Below are positions 1-13,986 of a stretch of 64,000 nt of DNA, piece after piece; position 1 is the first letter of the stretch; each line of letters opens with the position of its first letter. The notes under the pieces were generated by a model, which did no database searches, was not told where the DNA came from, and worked only from the letters and a program-made list of their open reading frames with translations. The translations under genes were made by a program, and so were the position numbers. This DNA comes from an uncultured Oscillospiraceae bacterium (GTDB taxonomy: Bacteria; Bacillota; Clostridia; Christensenellales; CAG-138): contig CAZBVC010000007.1 in NCBI GenBank assembly GCA_964495255.1, positions 274-64,273 on the forward strand, given 5' to 3'.

Positions 1-581
1 AGATTGCCGAAACCACGAGCGATTACGACAAGGAAAAGCTGCAAGAGCGTCTTGCAAAGCTCGCGGGCGGCGTTGCGGTGATCTCCGTCGGCGCGGCAAC
101 CGAGATCGAGATGAAGGAGTTCAAGCTCCGCATCGAGGACGCGCTCTCCGCGACCCGCGCGGCCGTGGAAGAGGGCATCGTGCCCGGCGGCGGCGTTGCG
201 CTGCTCAACGTCATTCCGCAGGTGAAGGCGCTGCATGAGAAGTCCGCAGGCGATTATAAGACGGGCGTTTCGATCATTCTGCGCGCGCTCGAGGAGCCGA
301 TTCGTCAGATCGCTCTCAACGCAGGCGTGGACGGCTCGGTCGTCATCGAGAACATCAAGCGCGAAAACAAGGTCGGCTTCGGCTACAACGTGGCGACCGA
401 CGCATACTGCATGCTTGAGGACGAGGGCATTATCGACCCGACGAAGGTCACGCGCAGCGCGCTGCAAAACGCGGCGAGCGTTGCGGCGATGGTTCTGACC
501 ACCGAGAGTCTCGTTACCGATATTCCGGCGCCTCCGGCGCCCGCTCCCGCTGCGGGCCCCGACATGGGCGGCATGTATTAA
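1..581 (+). CDS. groEL: Chaperonin GroEL, C-terminal part (5' end lies outside the window)
   Basis: The frame is open from position 3: [27 protein letters not shown]..., then IVPGGGVAL and [12 protein letters not shown]. It ends in a Pro/Ala/Gly/Met-rich tail, [15 protein letters not shown]. The ORF-track entry 78..581 is only the internal-Met remnant. Confidence 0.95.
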   Translation, partial: IAETTSDYDKEKLQERLAKLAGGVAVISVGAATEIEMKEFKLRIEDALSATRAAVEEGIVPGGGVALLNVIPQVKALHEKSAGDYKTGVSIILRALEEPIRQIALNAGVDGSVVIENIKRENKVGFGYNVATDAYCMLEDEGIIDPTKVTRSALQNAASVAAMVLTTESLVTDIPAPPAPAPAAGPDMGGMY

Positions 582-595
582 ACCGATTCGAAAAG

Positions 596-620
596 GGCGT
601 CGCGCTGCGGCGCCTTTTTT
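596..620 (+). terminator. Rho-independent terminator after groEL
   Basis: Stem GGCGTCG / CGGCGCC (one G-U pair) with loop CGCTG, followed by TTTTTT at 615-620 and preceded by AAAA. Confidence 0.7.
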
Positions 621-746
621 GGACTCTTTTTGTTTCTCCGTTTGGTTGAACGCAAGCGTTTGCGTCAATTTTCGTCAAAAACTGTGCAAATTTGCGACAA
701 GCCGCGCAAAATCTCGCTTTTGGGGACGCTTTTTATGCGGAATTGC

Positions 747-775
747 TTGCTTATGCCCAAACGGACGGCTATAAT
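747..775 (+). promoter_or_regulatory. Candidate sigma-A promoter of ppdK
   Basis: TTGCTT (747-752), 17-nt spacer, TATAAT (770-775). Lies about 35 nt upstream of the GAAGGAGG RBS. Confidence 0.5.
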
Positions 776-808
776 AAACACGTTAAAAACGTGAAGGAGG
801 AAGAGGAT

Positions 809-3445
<2,637 letters not shown>

Positions 3446-3466
3446 ACCGAAAAACGGCAACATCAA

Positions 3467-3498
3467 AATGGAGTTAGGCTTTGCGGCTTAACTCCATT
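3467..3498 (+). terminator. Possible terminator hairpin after ppdK
   Basis: 10-bp stem AATGGAGTTA / TAACTCCATT with a 12-nt loop. The U-tract (TTGTGTT) is weak. Confidence 0.35.
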
Positions 3499-3552
3499 GT
3501 GTTCCTTCGGCGCTATGTCAAACGCCGTCATGCGAGGCGGCAAACGCTGATG

Positions 3553-3588
3553 CAAAACAGGAGCCATCCGCGAATAACGGGTGGCTCC
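3553..3588 (-). terminator. Terminator of the minus-strand kinase-gnd-SDR-LarA-like operon
   Basis: On the minus strand: GGAGCCA...TGGCTCC stem (3560-3588) followed by TGTTTTG. Confidence 0.5.
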
Positions 3589-3621
3589 AATCGTTGCGTC
3601 GGGTTTTATGACGGTATGCGC

Positions 3622-4905
3622 TTAGTCGGAAAAGCGCGTTCTGTCGATCCAGAGCCCCAGCGCGGGGTTCGGGATAAAGTAAACAACTTCGCCGTTCGGC
3701 ATCGTGTTGTAGCCGTAGGCGAGCTTCTTCGGGTCGTAAACGCGCATCATCTCGTCCACATCCGCCGCGCCGAAGTTCACGGATTCGATCTCCCCTTGCG
3801 AGATTTTCTTGACCGCGTAGGTGATATGGAAGCGATCGTCCGACGAGCCGTGAATCAGATGTGCTGCGGCGCTCATGTTTGCGCGAAGATCGTCGTTTTC
3901 GGGCGCGTTGAACAGTTCCAGCACGCGTTTTCTGCCGACGTATCCATACTTACGGATGAGCGCGTCAACCTGCGCGTCCTCGCCGAAGCGCTCTACGCCG
4001 GGCGCGAGGATGAGCAATTCGCCGCCGTCCGCAACCGCCATGCGCGTGCGGTATACCGCCTTATTGCCCAGCCAAGTGGAGCGGAACTCCGACGGATCAA
4101 GATACACGATGCATTTTTGGATGCCGCGCTCGACAAAGTCGATGTTCTTCCCCTGCGCGAGCGCGACGGCGCGTTCGAGCGATTTGCGCGTGTCGCCGAT
4201 GAACAGACCGTGCGTGCGGATGTTGCCCTGCGGCGCGGTGGTAACGGTCAAAACGAACAGGATCGGTAAATTGCCCAGGTATTTTTCCAGCGCATAGTCG
4301 AACATGCGGCGAACGGGCGTAAAATCGCGTCCCATCATGCGCTCCATGCCGTACAGCGCGCCGACCATATGGCTCTTGTTGATCATATCCGCGCCGCCCA
4401 CGCCGACGAACAGGTTTTTCGCGTGGTTGGACATTCCGATGACCTCGTGCGGCACGACCTGCCCGATGGAGAGGATCAGGTCGTAGGACGGGTCGAGCAG
4501 ACGGCGGTTGATCTCTACGGAGATCGGTTCGTTCCAAATGCCGCCGGTGATTTCGCTCAGAAACGACGCGGGAACCTCGCCGAGCTTTGTCACGTCCGTG
4601 CGCCAGTTGTGAACGAGGAAACGGTCAAACGGGATGTCGCCGAACATGATTTGCGCTTTCGTCTCGGTTACGGGCGCGTGCGTACCCAGCGCGGGCAGGA
4701 TATCAACCGTTGCGCCGAGCGAAGTGAGCATATGGTAATACAGGTTGGTAATCAGCCCCGCGTTGGAATGAAAACGCGTGAAATCGGGCGGAATCATCAA
4801 AACGCGCTTTGGCGCGCGCCCCGCAAGCGACGCGGAGAGCGCGGCTTCGATCTCGGCGCGGGACAAGCCCGCTTCCGTATTTGCGATGCGGCTCAGCTCC
4901 ATAGG
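3622..4905 (-). CDS. LarA-superfamily (lactate racemase N-terminal domain-like) protein, putative 2-hydroxyacid/sugar-acid epimerase
   Basis: 427 aa from MELSRIAN, with RBS GAAAGGAAGG upstream. By-eye counterparts of LarA motifs: PPDFTRF, ALGTHAP, VVPHEVIGMSNHAKNLFVG, INKSHM. The ORF-track start at 4986 overlaps the upstream SDR gene. Confidence 0.7.
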   Translation of the reverse strand, partial: PMELSRIANTEAGLSRAEIEAALSASLAGRAPKRVLMIPPDFTRFHSNAGLITNLYYHMLTSLGATVDILPALGTHAPVTETKAQIMFGDIPFDRFLVHNWRTDVTKLGEVPASFLSEITGGIWNEPISVEINRRLLDPSYDLILSIGQVVPHEVIGMSNHAKNLFVGVGGADMINKSHMVGALYGMERMMGRDFTPVRRMFDYALEKYLGNLPILFVLTVTTAPQGNIRTHGLFIGDTRKSLERAVALAQGKNIDFVERGIQKCIVYLDPSEFRSTWLGNKAVYRTRMAVADGGELLILAPGVERFGEDAQVDALIRKYGYVGRKRVLELFNAPENDDLRANMSAAAHLIHGSSDDRFHITYAVKKISQGEIESVNFGAADVDEMMRVYDPKKLAYGYNTMPNGEVVYFIPNPALGLWIDRTRFSD

Positions 4906-4927
4906 GAAAGCCTTCCTTTCTTTGCGG

Positions 4928-5779
4928 TCAAACGCCCGAATATGCCGAGAACCCGCCGTCGATGGGCAGCACGACGCCCGTGACAAACGCGGACGCGTTG
5001 TTGTCCAGCAGGAAGAACAGACCGCCGATCAACTCCTCCGCTTCGCCAAACCGACCCATGGGCGTGTTGCGCAGGATCTTGTTCGTGCGCGCGGTGGGCG
5101 TGCCGTCGTCGTTCCAAAGAAGCTTGGCGTTCTGCGTGGTAGAGAAAAAGCCCGGCGCAAGCGCGTTGACGCGGACGCCACACTGCGAAAAGTATACGGA
5201 AAGCCACTTGGTAAAGTTCGAAACCGCCGCTTTTGCCGCAGAGTAAGCGGGGATCTTGGTCAGCGGCGTAAATGCGTTCATGGAACTGACGTTCAGGATG
5301 TTGCCGCCGCGCCCGTCGAGGAAATCGCGCGCGAACTCCTGCGTGGGCAGGAGCGTGCCCTTGATGTTCAGCCCGAATACGAAATCGAAGCCGGCGGGAT
5401 CGAGATCGAAGAAGCTCTTTTTGCTCGTATCGAGCATCACGGCTTCGTCAAAGTATTCGTCGTCCGTCGTTGCGCGCGGGTTGTTGCCGCCTGCGCCGTT
5501 GACGAGCAGGTCGCATTTGCCAAACGCGCCGAGAACCGCCTCATGCGCCTCTTTGACGCTCGCCGGCTCCAACACGTTCGCCTTGACCGCGATTGCCGTG
5601 CCGCCGCTTGCGTTGATCTCGTCCGCCACGAGCTGCGCCTTGTCCACGGCAAGGTCGAGTACGGCGACCTTTGCGCCGCATGACGAGAGCGCCTTTGCGA
5701 ACATGGAGCAGAGAACGCCCGCTCCGCCTGTTACCACGGCGACTTTGCCGCTGAAATCCGGTTTGTAAGGTAGCTGCAT
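4928..5779 (-). CDS. SDR-family oxidoreductase (sugar-acid reductase-like)
   Basis: GKVAVVTGGAGVLC Rossmann motif, NGAGGN, about 283 aa. RBS AAAGGAG upstream. Confidence 0.85.
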   Translation of the reverse strand: MQLPYKPDFSGKVAVVTGGAGVLCSMFAKALSSCGAKVAVLDLAVDKAQLVADEINASGGTAIAVKANVLEPASVKEAHEAVLGAFGKCDLLVNGAGGNNPRATTDDEYFDEAVMLDTSKKSFFDLDPAGFDFVFGLNIKGTLLPTQEFARDFLDGRGGNILNVSSMNAFTPLTKIPAYSAAKAAVSNFTKWLSVYFSQCGVRVNALAPGFFSTTQNAKLLWNDDGTPTARTNKILRNTPMGRFGEAEELIGGLFFLLDNNASAFVTGVVLPIDGGFSAYSGV

Positions 5780-5959
5780 GATGAAACTCCTTTCGTTTAT
5801 GCCAAGGGCTTTGCTTGCGGGGATGCTGCCACGGCGCCCCTGCCAAAGGACAAGCCCTTTGGAAACCGATATTGTTTGAGGAAGACAGCAGGGATTCTTT
5901 CGGGGGATTCCCCCTCAAATGCGATTTCAAAGGGGAAACGTCCCTTTGCGCGATCTTCC

Positions 5960-7405
5960 CTACGCGTTGTATACGCCTGCCGCGGTGTCACCGCCCTCGC
6001 CCGTCCAGTTCGTATGGAAGAACTTGCCGCGCGGCTCGTCGATGCGCTCGTAGGTATGCGCGCCAAAGTAGTCCCGCTGTGCCTGCAACAGATTCGCGGG
6101 CAGACGCTTCGTCGTATAACCGTCGAAATAGGTCAGCGCGGCGGTCATGGCGGGCGCGGGCACGCCGTAAGCGATCGCGTTCATGCAAACGCTTCGCCAC
6201 GCGGGCACGAGCGAGCTTATCGTTTCGGCAAAGTAGGGGTCGAGCAGGAGGTTGGTCAGGGCGGGGTTTTGATCGTATGCGTCCTTGATCTTCCCCAAGA
6301 ACACGCTGCGGATGATGCAGCCGCCGCGCCACATCAGCGCGATGCCGCCATAGTTGAGGTTCCAGCCATAGGTTTTCGCCGCTGCGCGCATAAGCGTGTA
6401 GCCCTGCGCGTAGGAGATGATCTTGCTGGCAAACAGCGCTTGGCGAATCTGCTCGACAAACGCCTTTTTGTCGCCCGAAAACGGGATCTTTTCATGCGGG
6501 AACGCATCGCTTGCAAGCACGCGTTCGTCCTTCATGGCGGAGAGACAGCGCGAGAACACCGCCTCGCCGATCAGCGTCAGCGGAACGCCCTCGTCCAGCG
6601 CCGCGATACCCGTCCATTTACCCGTCCCCTTCTGACCCGCCGTATCGAGAATCTTTTCAACGATGGGGGAGCCGTCCGTATCCTTAAAGGCGAGGATGTC
6701 GCGCGTGATCTCGACAAGATAGCTGTCCAGCTCGCCCTTGTTCCATTCGGCAAACACCTCGTGCATCTCGTCGCAAGTCATATCCAGCACGTCGCGCATG
6801 AGATGATACGCCTCGCAGATGAGCTGCATATCGCCGTATTCGATGCCGTTGTGCACCATCTTGACAAAGTGTCCCGCGCCGTTCTCGCCGACCCAGTCGC
6901 AGCAGGGGGCGCCGTCCGCCTTGGCGCAGATCGCCTGAAAGATCGGCTTTACGAGCGGCCATGCCGCGGGCGAACCGCCGGGCATCATGGAAGGTCCCTT
7001 CAACGCGCCCTCCTCGCCGCCGGAAACGCCCGTGCCGATATAGAGCAAGCCCTTGCTTTCCACATACGCCGTTCTGCGGATCGTATCGGGAAAATGGCTG
7101 TTGCCGCCGTCGATGATGACGTCGCCCGGCTCGAGCACGGCGAGCAGCTTCTCGATGAAATCGTCAACGGGCTGCCCCGCCTTGACCATCATCATGACCT
7201 TGCGCGGTTTTTTCAGCGCGTCTTTGAGCGCCTCCAACGTATGGCAGCCGACAACGTTTTTCCCTTTCGCGCGACCCGTGACAAACCGATCGACCTTGTC
7301 GATGGTGCGGTTGTACACCGCGACCGCAAAGCCCTTGGATTCCATATTCATGACCAGGTTTTCGCCCATGACGGCGAGTCCGACCAAACCGATATCCGCC
7401 TGCAT
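5960..7405 (-). CDS. gnd: 6-phosphogluconate dehydrogenase, decarboxylating
   Basis: MQADIGLVGLAVMGENLVMNMESKGF..., GTGVSGGEEGALKGPSMMPGG, HNGIEYGDMQLI. 481 aa. RBS AAGGAGAG. Confidence 0.95.
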   Translation of the reverse strand: MQADIGLVGLAVMGENLVMNMESKGFAVAVYNRTIDKVDRFVTGRAKGKNVVGCHTLEALKDALKKPRKVMMMVKAGQPVDDFIEKLLAVLEPGDVIIDGGNSHFPDTIRRTAYVESKGLLYIGTGVSGGEEGALKGPSMMPGGSPAAWPLVKPIFQAICAKADGAPCCDWVGENGAGHFVKMVHNGIEYGDMQLICEAYHLMRDVLDMTCDEMHEVFAEWNKGELDSYLVEITRDILAFKDTDGSPIVEKILDTAGQKGTGKWTGIAALDEGVPLTLIGEAVFSRCLSAMKDERVLASDAFPHEKIPFSGDKKAFVEQIRQALFASKIISYAQGYTLMRAAAKTYGWNLNYGGIALMWRGGCIIRSVFLGKIKDAYDQNPALTNLLLDPYFAETISSLVPAWRSVCMNAIAYGVPAPAMTAALTYFDGYTTKRLPANLLQAQRDYFGAHTYERIDEPRGKFFHTNWTGEGGDTAAGVYNA

Positions 7406-7449
7406 AAATTCTCTCCTTCTTATTTAAGATGTGGCACGTTGCGATGAAG

Positions 7450-8517
7450 TCAACGCTTGACGCGCGCGTTGCCCTTGTATACCGCCCAAACCTGCTCCTC
7501 GTCGGCGGGGGTGGCGTAATCGTCGATCGAAGCCGCCGCAAGCGCGCCGCACGCCCAGCCAAACTGCATACATTGCTCGGGCGTCCAGCCCTTGTAAACG
7601 CCGTAGAGCAAGCCGCCCGTGAATCCGTCGCCGCCGCCGATGCGATCGAGAACGCTGATGCTGCGCGGAGGCTCGATAAAGGCTTTCTCGCCTGCGCAGA
7701 CAATCGCGCCCCAAAGATGCTCGTTTGCGCTGACCACCTGGCGAAGCGTGGTTGCAAACAGCTTGACCTGCGGGAAGCGCTTTTGCGCCGCATGGATCAT
7801 TTGGATGAAGCCGTCGGTTTTTTCGGAAAGCGACTTGCCGCCCGCCTCGGGCCCCTTAACGCCGAGCGCAAGCTGGAAATCCTCCTCGTTGCCGACGAGA
7901 ATATCGGCGGCGCCCGCGATCTCGGCAAATATCGCGGAAAGCTCCGCTTCACGTCCCTCCCAGAAGGACGCGCGATAGTTGAGGTCAAAACTGACCAGTG
8001 TGCCATGCGCCTTTGCCGCCTTGGCAAGCGCGAGGCAGCATTGGCTCGATTCGGGTGAAAGCGCGCCGATCAAGCCCGAGATATGCAGGATGGAAACGCC
8101 CTCCCGCCCGAATATGCGCTCTGTGTCGAATTCCGAAGCGTCCAGCGTTCTGCCGACTTCGCCCGCGCGATCGTTCCAAACGCGGGGCCCGCGCGGCCCA
8201 AACCCACTGTCCGCGATGTTGAACTGATGCCGATAGCCCCACGGCCCGCCCTGCGGCACGGTGGCGCCCTCGTAACGGATGTTGCGGCGGCGCAGCTCGC
8301 TTTGGATAAACGCGGCGATCGGGCTGCCCTCGACAAATTTGGTCAGCGCGAGGCACTCGTGCCCCAAGGAGGACGCGATGTTCAGCACGTTCGTTTCCGC
8401 GCTGGTGCATTGCAGACGGTAATCGTGGCTGGTTTGCACGCCCTGCCGATTGGCGGGGGTAATGCGCACGCCCATACTGGTCGGGCACGCGACGGCGTAA
8501 CGCGTATCGTTTTTCAT
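7450..8517 (-). CDS. PfkB-family sugar/sugar-acid kinase (KdgK/KguK-like)
   Basis: 355 aa. C-terminal DRIGGGDGFTGGLLYG motif of ribokinase/PfkB kinases. The substrate cannot be read from the sequence. Confidence 0.8.
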   Translation of the reverse strand: MKNDTRYAVACPTSMGVRITPANRQGVQTSHDYRLQCTSAETNVLNIASSLGHECLALTKFVEGSPIAAFIQSELRRRNIRYEGATVPQGGPWGYRHQFNIADSGFGPRGPRVWNDRAGEVGRTLDASEFDTERIFGREGVSILHISGLIGALSPESSQCCLALAKAAKAHGTLVSFDLNYRASFWEGREAELSAIFAEIAGAADILVGNEEDFQLALGVKGPEAGGKSLSEKTDGFIQMIHAAQKRFPQVKLFATTLRQVVSANEHLWGAIVCAGEKAFIEPPRSISVLDRIGGGDGFTGGLLYGVYKGWTPEQCMQFGWACGALAAASIDDYATPADEEQVWAVYKGNARVKR

Positions 8518-8661
8518 ATTCGGCGCTCCGTTTCATGTTGTGATAGATTTGTCTTGCTTTCAGTATATCGCACCTTCGCGGCAAATGAATATGCAAATAT
8601 GAACCAAAGCATTGCCAATGTTGCTCTAATTTGCTAGAATGAGCAAAAGGAGCGTGCCGAC

Positions 8662-9528
8662 ATGGGGTTCATTCGTCATGCGTTTCAGCAGCGGCAGCAT
8701 ATGCTGCTTGAAAACTATGAGCTTTATCATTACAAGGACGACAGCGAGCGCCTTGTTTCGCTGCATTTTCATGATTTTTACGAATGCTTTTTTTTGCTGG
8801 GCGGCGGGCTGGATTACCAGATCGACAACCAATCCTTTCGGCTTGACGCGGGCGACATTCTGCTGATCGGCCCGAACCAGCTCCATCGCCCCATCATTGC
8901 GGACGAAAATCGGGAGTATGAGCGCATCGTATTATGGCTTTCGCGCGCATATGTGAGCGCGCTTTCCACGGCGGAAACGGATCTTTCGCGCTGCTTTTCC
9001 GTTGAACAGCGAACGGCGTACCGCTTTCCGCGGGAAACGCAGGAGGGTCTGCGCGCTCAGTTTTTCCGTTTGTTTGAGGAGGACGGCGCGCAGCGCTTCG
9101 GTGGGGACGTGCTGAAAAACGCGTATATGACCGATCTGCTCGTCACGCTGAACCGCGTTTGCGACACGGCGCGCGCGCAGGGCGACGAGCCGGCGCGAAT
9201 GAATGAAACCTCGCTTGCCGCGCGCGTTTCGGACTATCTTGACGCGCATTTGGAAAGCGGCGTTACGCTAAACGACGTGGCGCAAAGCATGTATCTATCC
9301 AAGTTTTATCTCACGCGGGCGTTTCGCGCGCAAACGGGAACGACGATCTACGGCATGCTGCAAAAGAAGCGCATGATCAAAGCGCGCAACCTGCTCTATG
9401 CGGGCATAGAGCCGCAAAGCGCGGCGGAAAAATGCGGTTTTTCGGACTATTCGGGGTTTTATAAGGCGTTTCGCGCCGAATATGGCGTATCTCCGCGCGC
9501 CTACGCCCGCCTTGCGCCGCGGATATAG
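8662..9528 (+). CDS. AraC-family transcriptional regulator (cupin + HTH)
   Basis: N-terminal cupin-like HFHDFYECFFLLGG. C-terminal AraC HTH: LSKFYLTRAFRAQTGTTIYGML...GFSDYSGFYKAFRAEYGVSP. Divergent from the kinase operon. Confidence 0.9.
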   Translation: MGFIRHAFQQRQHMLLENYELYHYKDDSERLVSLHFHDFYECFFLLGGGLDYQIDNQSFRLDAGDILLIGPNQLHRPIIADENREYERIVLWLSRAYVSALSTAETDLSRCFSVEQRTAYRFPRETQEGLRAQFFRLFEEDGAQRFGGDVLKNAYMTDLLVTLNRVCDTARAQGDEPARMNETSLAARVSDYLDAHLESGVTLNDVAQSMYLSKFYLTRAFRAQTGTTIYGMLQKKRMIKARNLLYAGIEPQSAAEKCGFSDYSGFYKAFRAEYGVSPRAYARLAPRI

Positions 9529-9536
9529 AATCGGCG

Positions 9537-9794
9537 TTACGGCAGGAATCCCTCGCGCAGGATCAGATCGGTTTGCCCTTCGCCGTGCGGCTCCGTGCGC
9601 AATACGAGCGGATGACCCGCATACTCCGTTTGAACGAGCGCGCGCAGCGTTTCGCCGTTGTGATAACCATGGATCACGCGTATGCGATACGCCGCCTTCG
9701 CTTTTTTGAGCGCCGCGTCCAAGGAAATGCGCGCCTGATACGCGTTTTTGCCGTGGAGGTCGAGCGTAACAACGCCGTCTGTCAATTCGCTCAT
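9537..9794 (-). CDS. Smr-domain protein
   Basis: 85 aa. LDLHGKNAYQARISLDAAL...VIHGYHNG is typical of Smr/MutS2 C-terminal domains. Confidence 0.65.
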   Translation of the reverse strand: MSELTDGVVTLDLHGKNAYQARISLDAALKKAKAAYRIRVIHGYHNGETLRALVQTEYAGHPLVLRTEPHGEGQTDLILREGFLP

Positions 9795-9928
9795 GCGTCG
9801 CCCTTGCGTGCGCCGCGCGACTGCCGCTCTTTCTTATCCGCCGCGTCCGCCAATATGCAGATGCTCTTTTGTTTGCCCGTCATGACGGTATCCTCGATTC
9901 CGCGTTTGTTCTGTTTCGCCCATTATAA

Positions 9929-13066
<3,138 letters not shown>

Positions 13067-13144
13067 GCCGTCTATTACCATAAGAAAACGGCGACGCGCC
13101 GCAGACGCACCCCCGCTTTTTGATTTCTCGGCTCGTGCGCTTTC

Positions 13145-13780
13145 TCAGATGACGCCGAGCGGAACGAGCACGGCAAGCAGCACGACGTTGATCGCGATGA
13201 GCACGCCGACGGTCGTCCATTGTTTTTTCGGCTCGTAATCGTATACGAGATACGCGCCGACGAAGAACGGGATATAGGTCGTAAGAAACACGGGAATCGC
13301 GCCCCACCACGGATAAACCCAAATGAAAGCGGGCGTCCATGCGAGAAAGATCTCGAACACGGAGCAGAACAGCGCGAACAAAACGCCGAACACCCAGCGG
13401 TTGTTCAAGCCGAGGATCTTCTTTTTCGGATCGTCGGGCAGGAGCTTGCAGGTAAAGCCCGCGATGGAGAACATCAGCGAAAGCTCCACGCTCACGCCGA
13501 TCAGCAGGATAAAGCTCGTGCTTTCGGGCGAGACAGTCCAAAGCGCATAGCCCGTGATATGGCAGATCACGGCGTTTGCGATCTCATACAGCCAATGGAT
13601 GCTGTAAAGCGTCAGGGCGGCGGCCACGGCGCGGAAGTTCTTCGCCTTGATCTCGTTTGCGTAGATGATCATGACAATGGCAAAGAGCGTCAGCGTTGAC
13701 CAATGAAAGTTGGACGGGTCGCGCACGGCGGCGACGGCGGCGTCCGCGGCGTCCTTAAAGGACCAATCTCCGAACAGCAT
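13145..13780 (-). CDS. Hypothetical polytopic membrane protein
   Basis: 212 aa from MLFGDWSF, with RBS GGGAGGG 6 nt upstream. Several hydrophobic segments. No recognisable family. Confidence 0.6.
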   Translation of the reverse strand: MLFGDWSFKDAADAAVAAVRDPSNFHWSTLTLFAIVMIIYANEIKAKNFRAVAAALTLYSIHWLYEIANAVICHITGYALWTVSPESTSFILLIGVSVELSLMFSIAGFTCKLLPDDPKKKILGLNNRWVFGVLFALFCSVFEIFLAWTPAFIWVYPWWGAIPVFLTTYIPFFVGAYLVYDYEPKKQWTTVGVLIAINVVLLAVLVPLGVI

Positions 13781-13886
13781 GTTTTTCCCTCCCATATGTA
13801 GATTTACGATGCCGAATTCAGTATAACCGCGTTTGGGCGAATTTGTAAACAGCGCGTTTGAAACGAGACGGACGAGATTGCAGGTA

Positions 13887-13915
13887 TTGACGGAAGCGGA
13901 AAACCACGATACACT
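13887..13915 (+). promoter_or_regulatory. Candidate promoter of the Eda-like/VOC gene
   Basis: TTGACG (13887-13892), 17-nt spacer, TACACT (13910-13915). Confidence 0.35.
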
Positions 13916-13986
13916 AGATATGTTATCAAAATCATACAAAGATTTCATCAAAAGCGCGTCACAAGCGCAAATATGGGAGGAGCTTT

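Noticed and set aside
692-808. N-terminal extension of ppdK suggested by the ORF track (start at 692).
   Set aside because: The extension precedes a good -35/-10 promoter pair (747-775) and has no RBS. TTG at 809 follows GGAGG by 8 nt and gives an N-terminus collinear with known PPDKs.
13781-13951. 57-residue N-terminal extension of the membrane protein ORF (268-aa form).
   Set aside because: The extension is hydrophilic and has no RBS. The ATG at 13780 (MLFGDW) lies 6 nt downstream of GGGAGGG.
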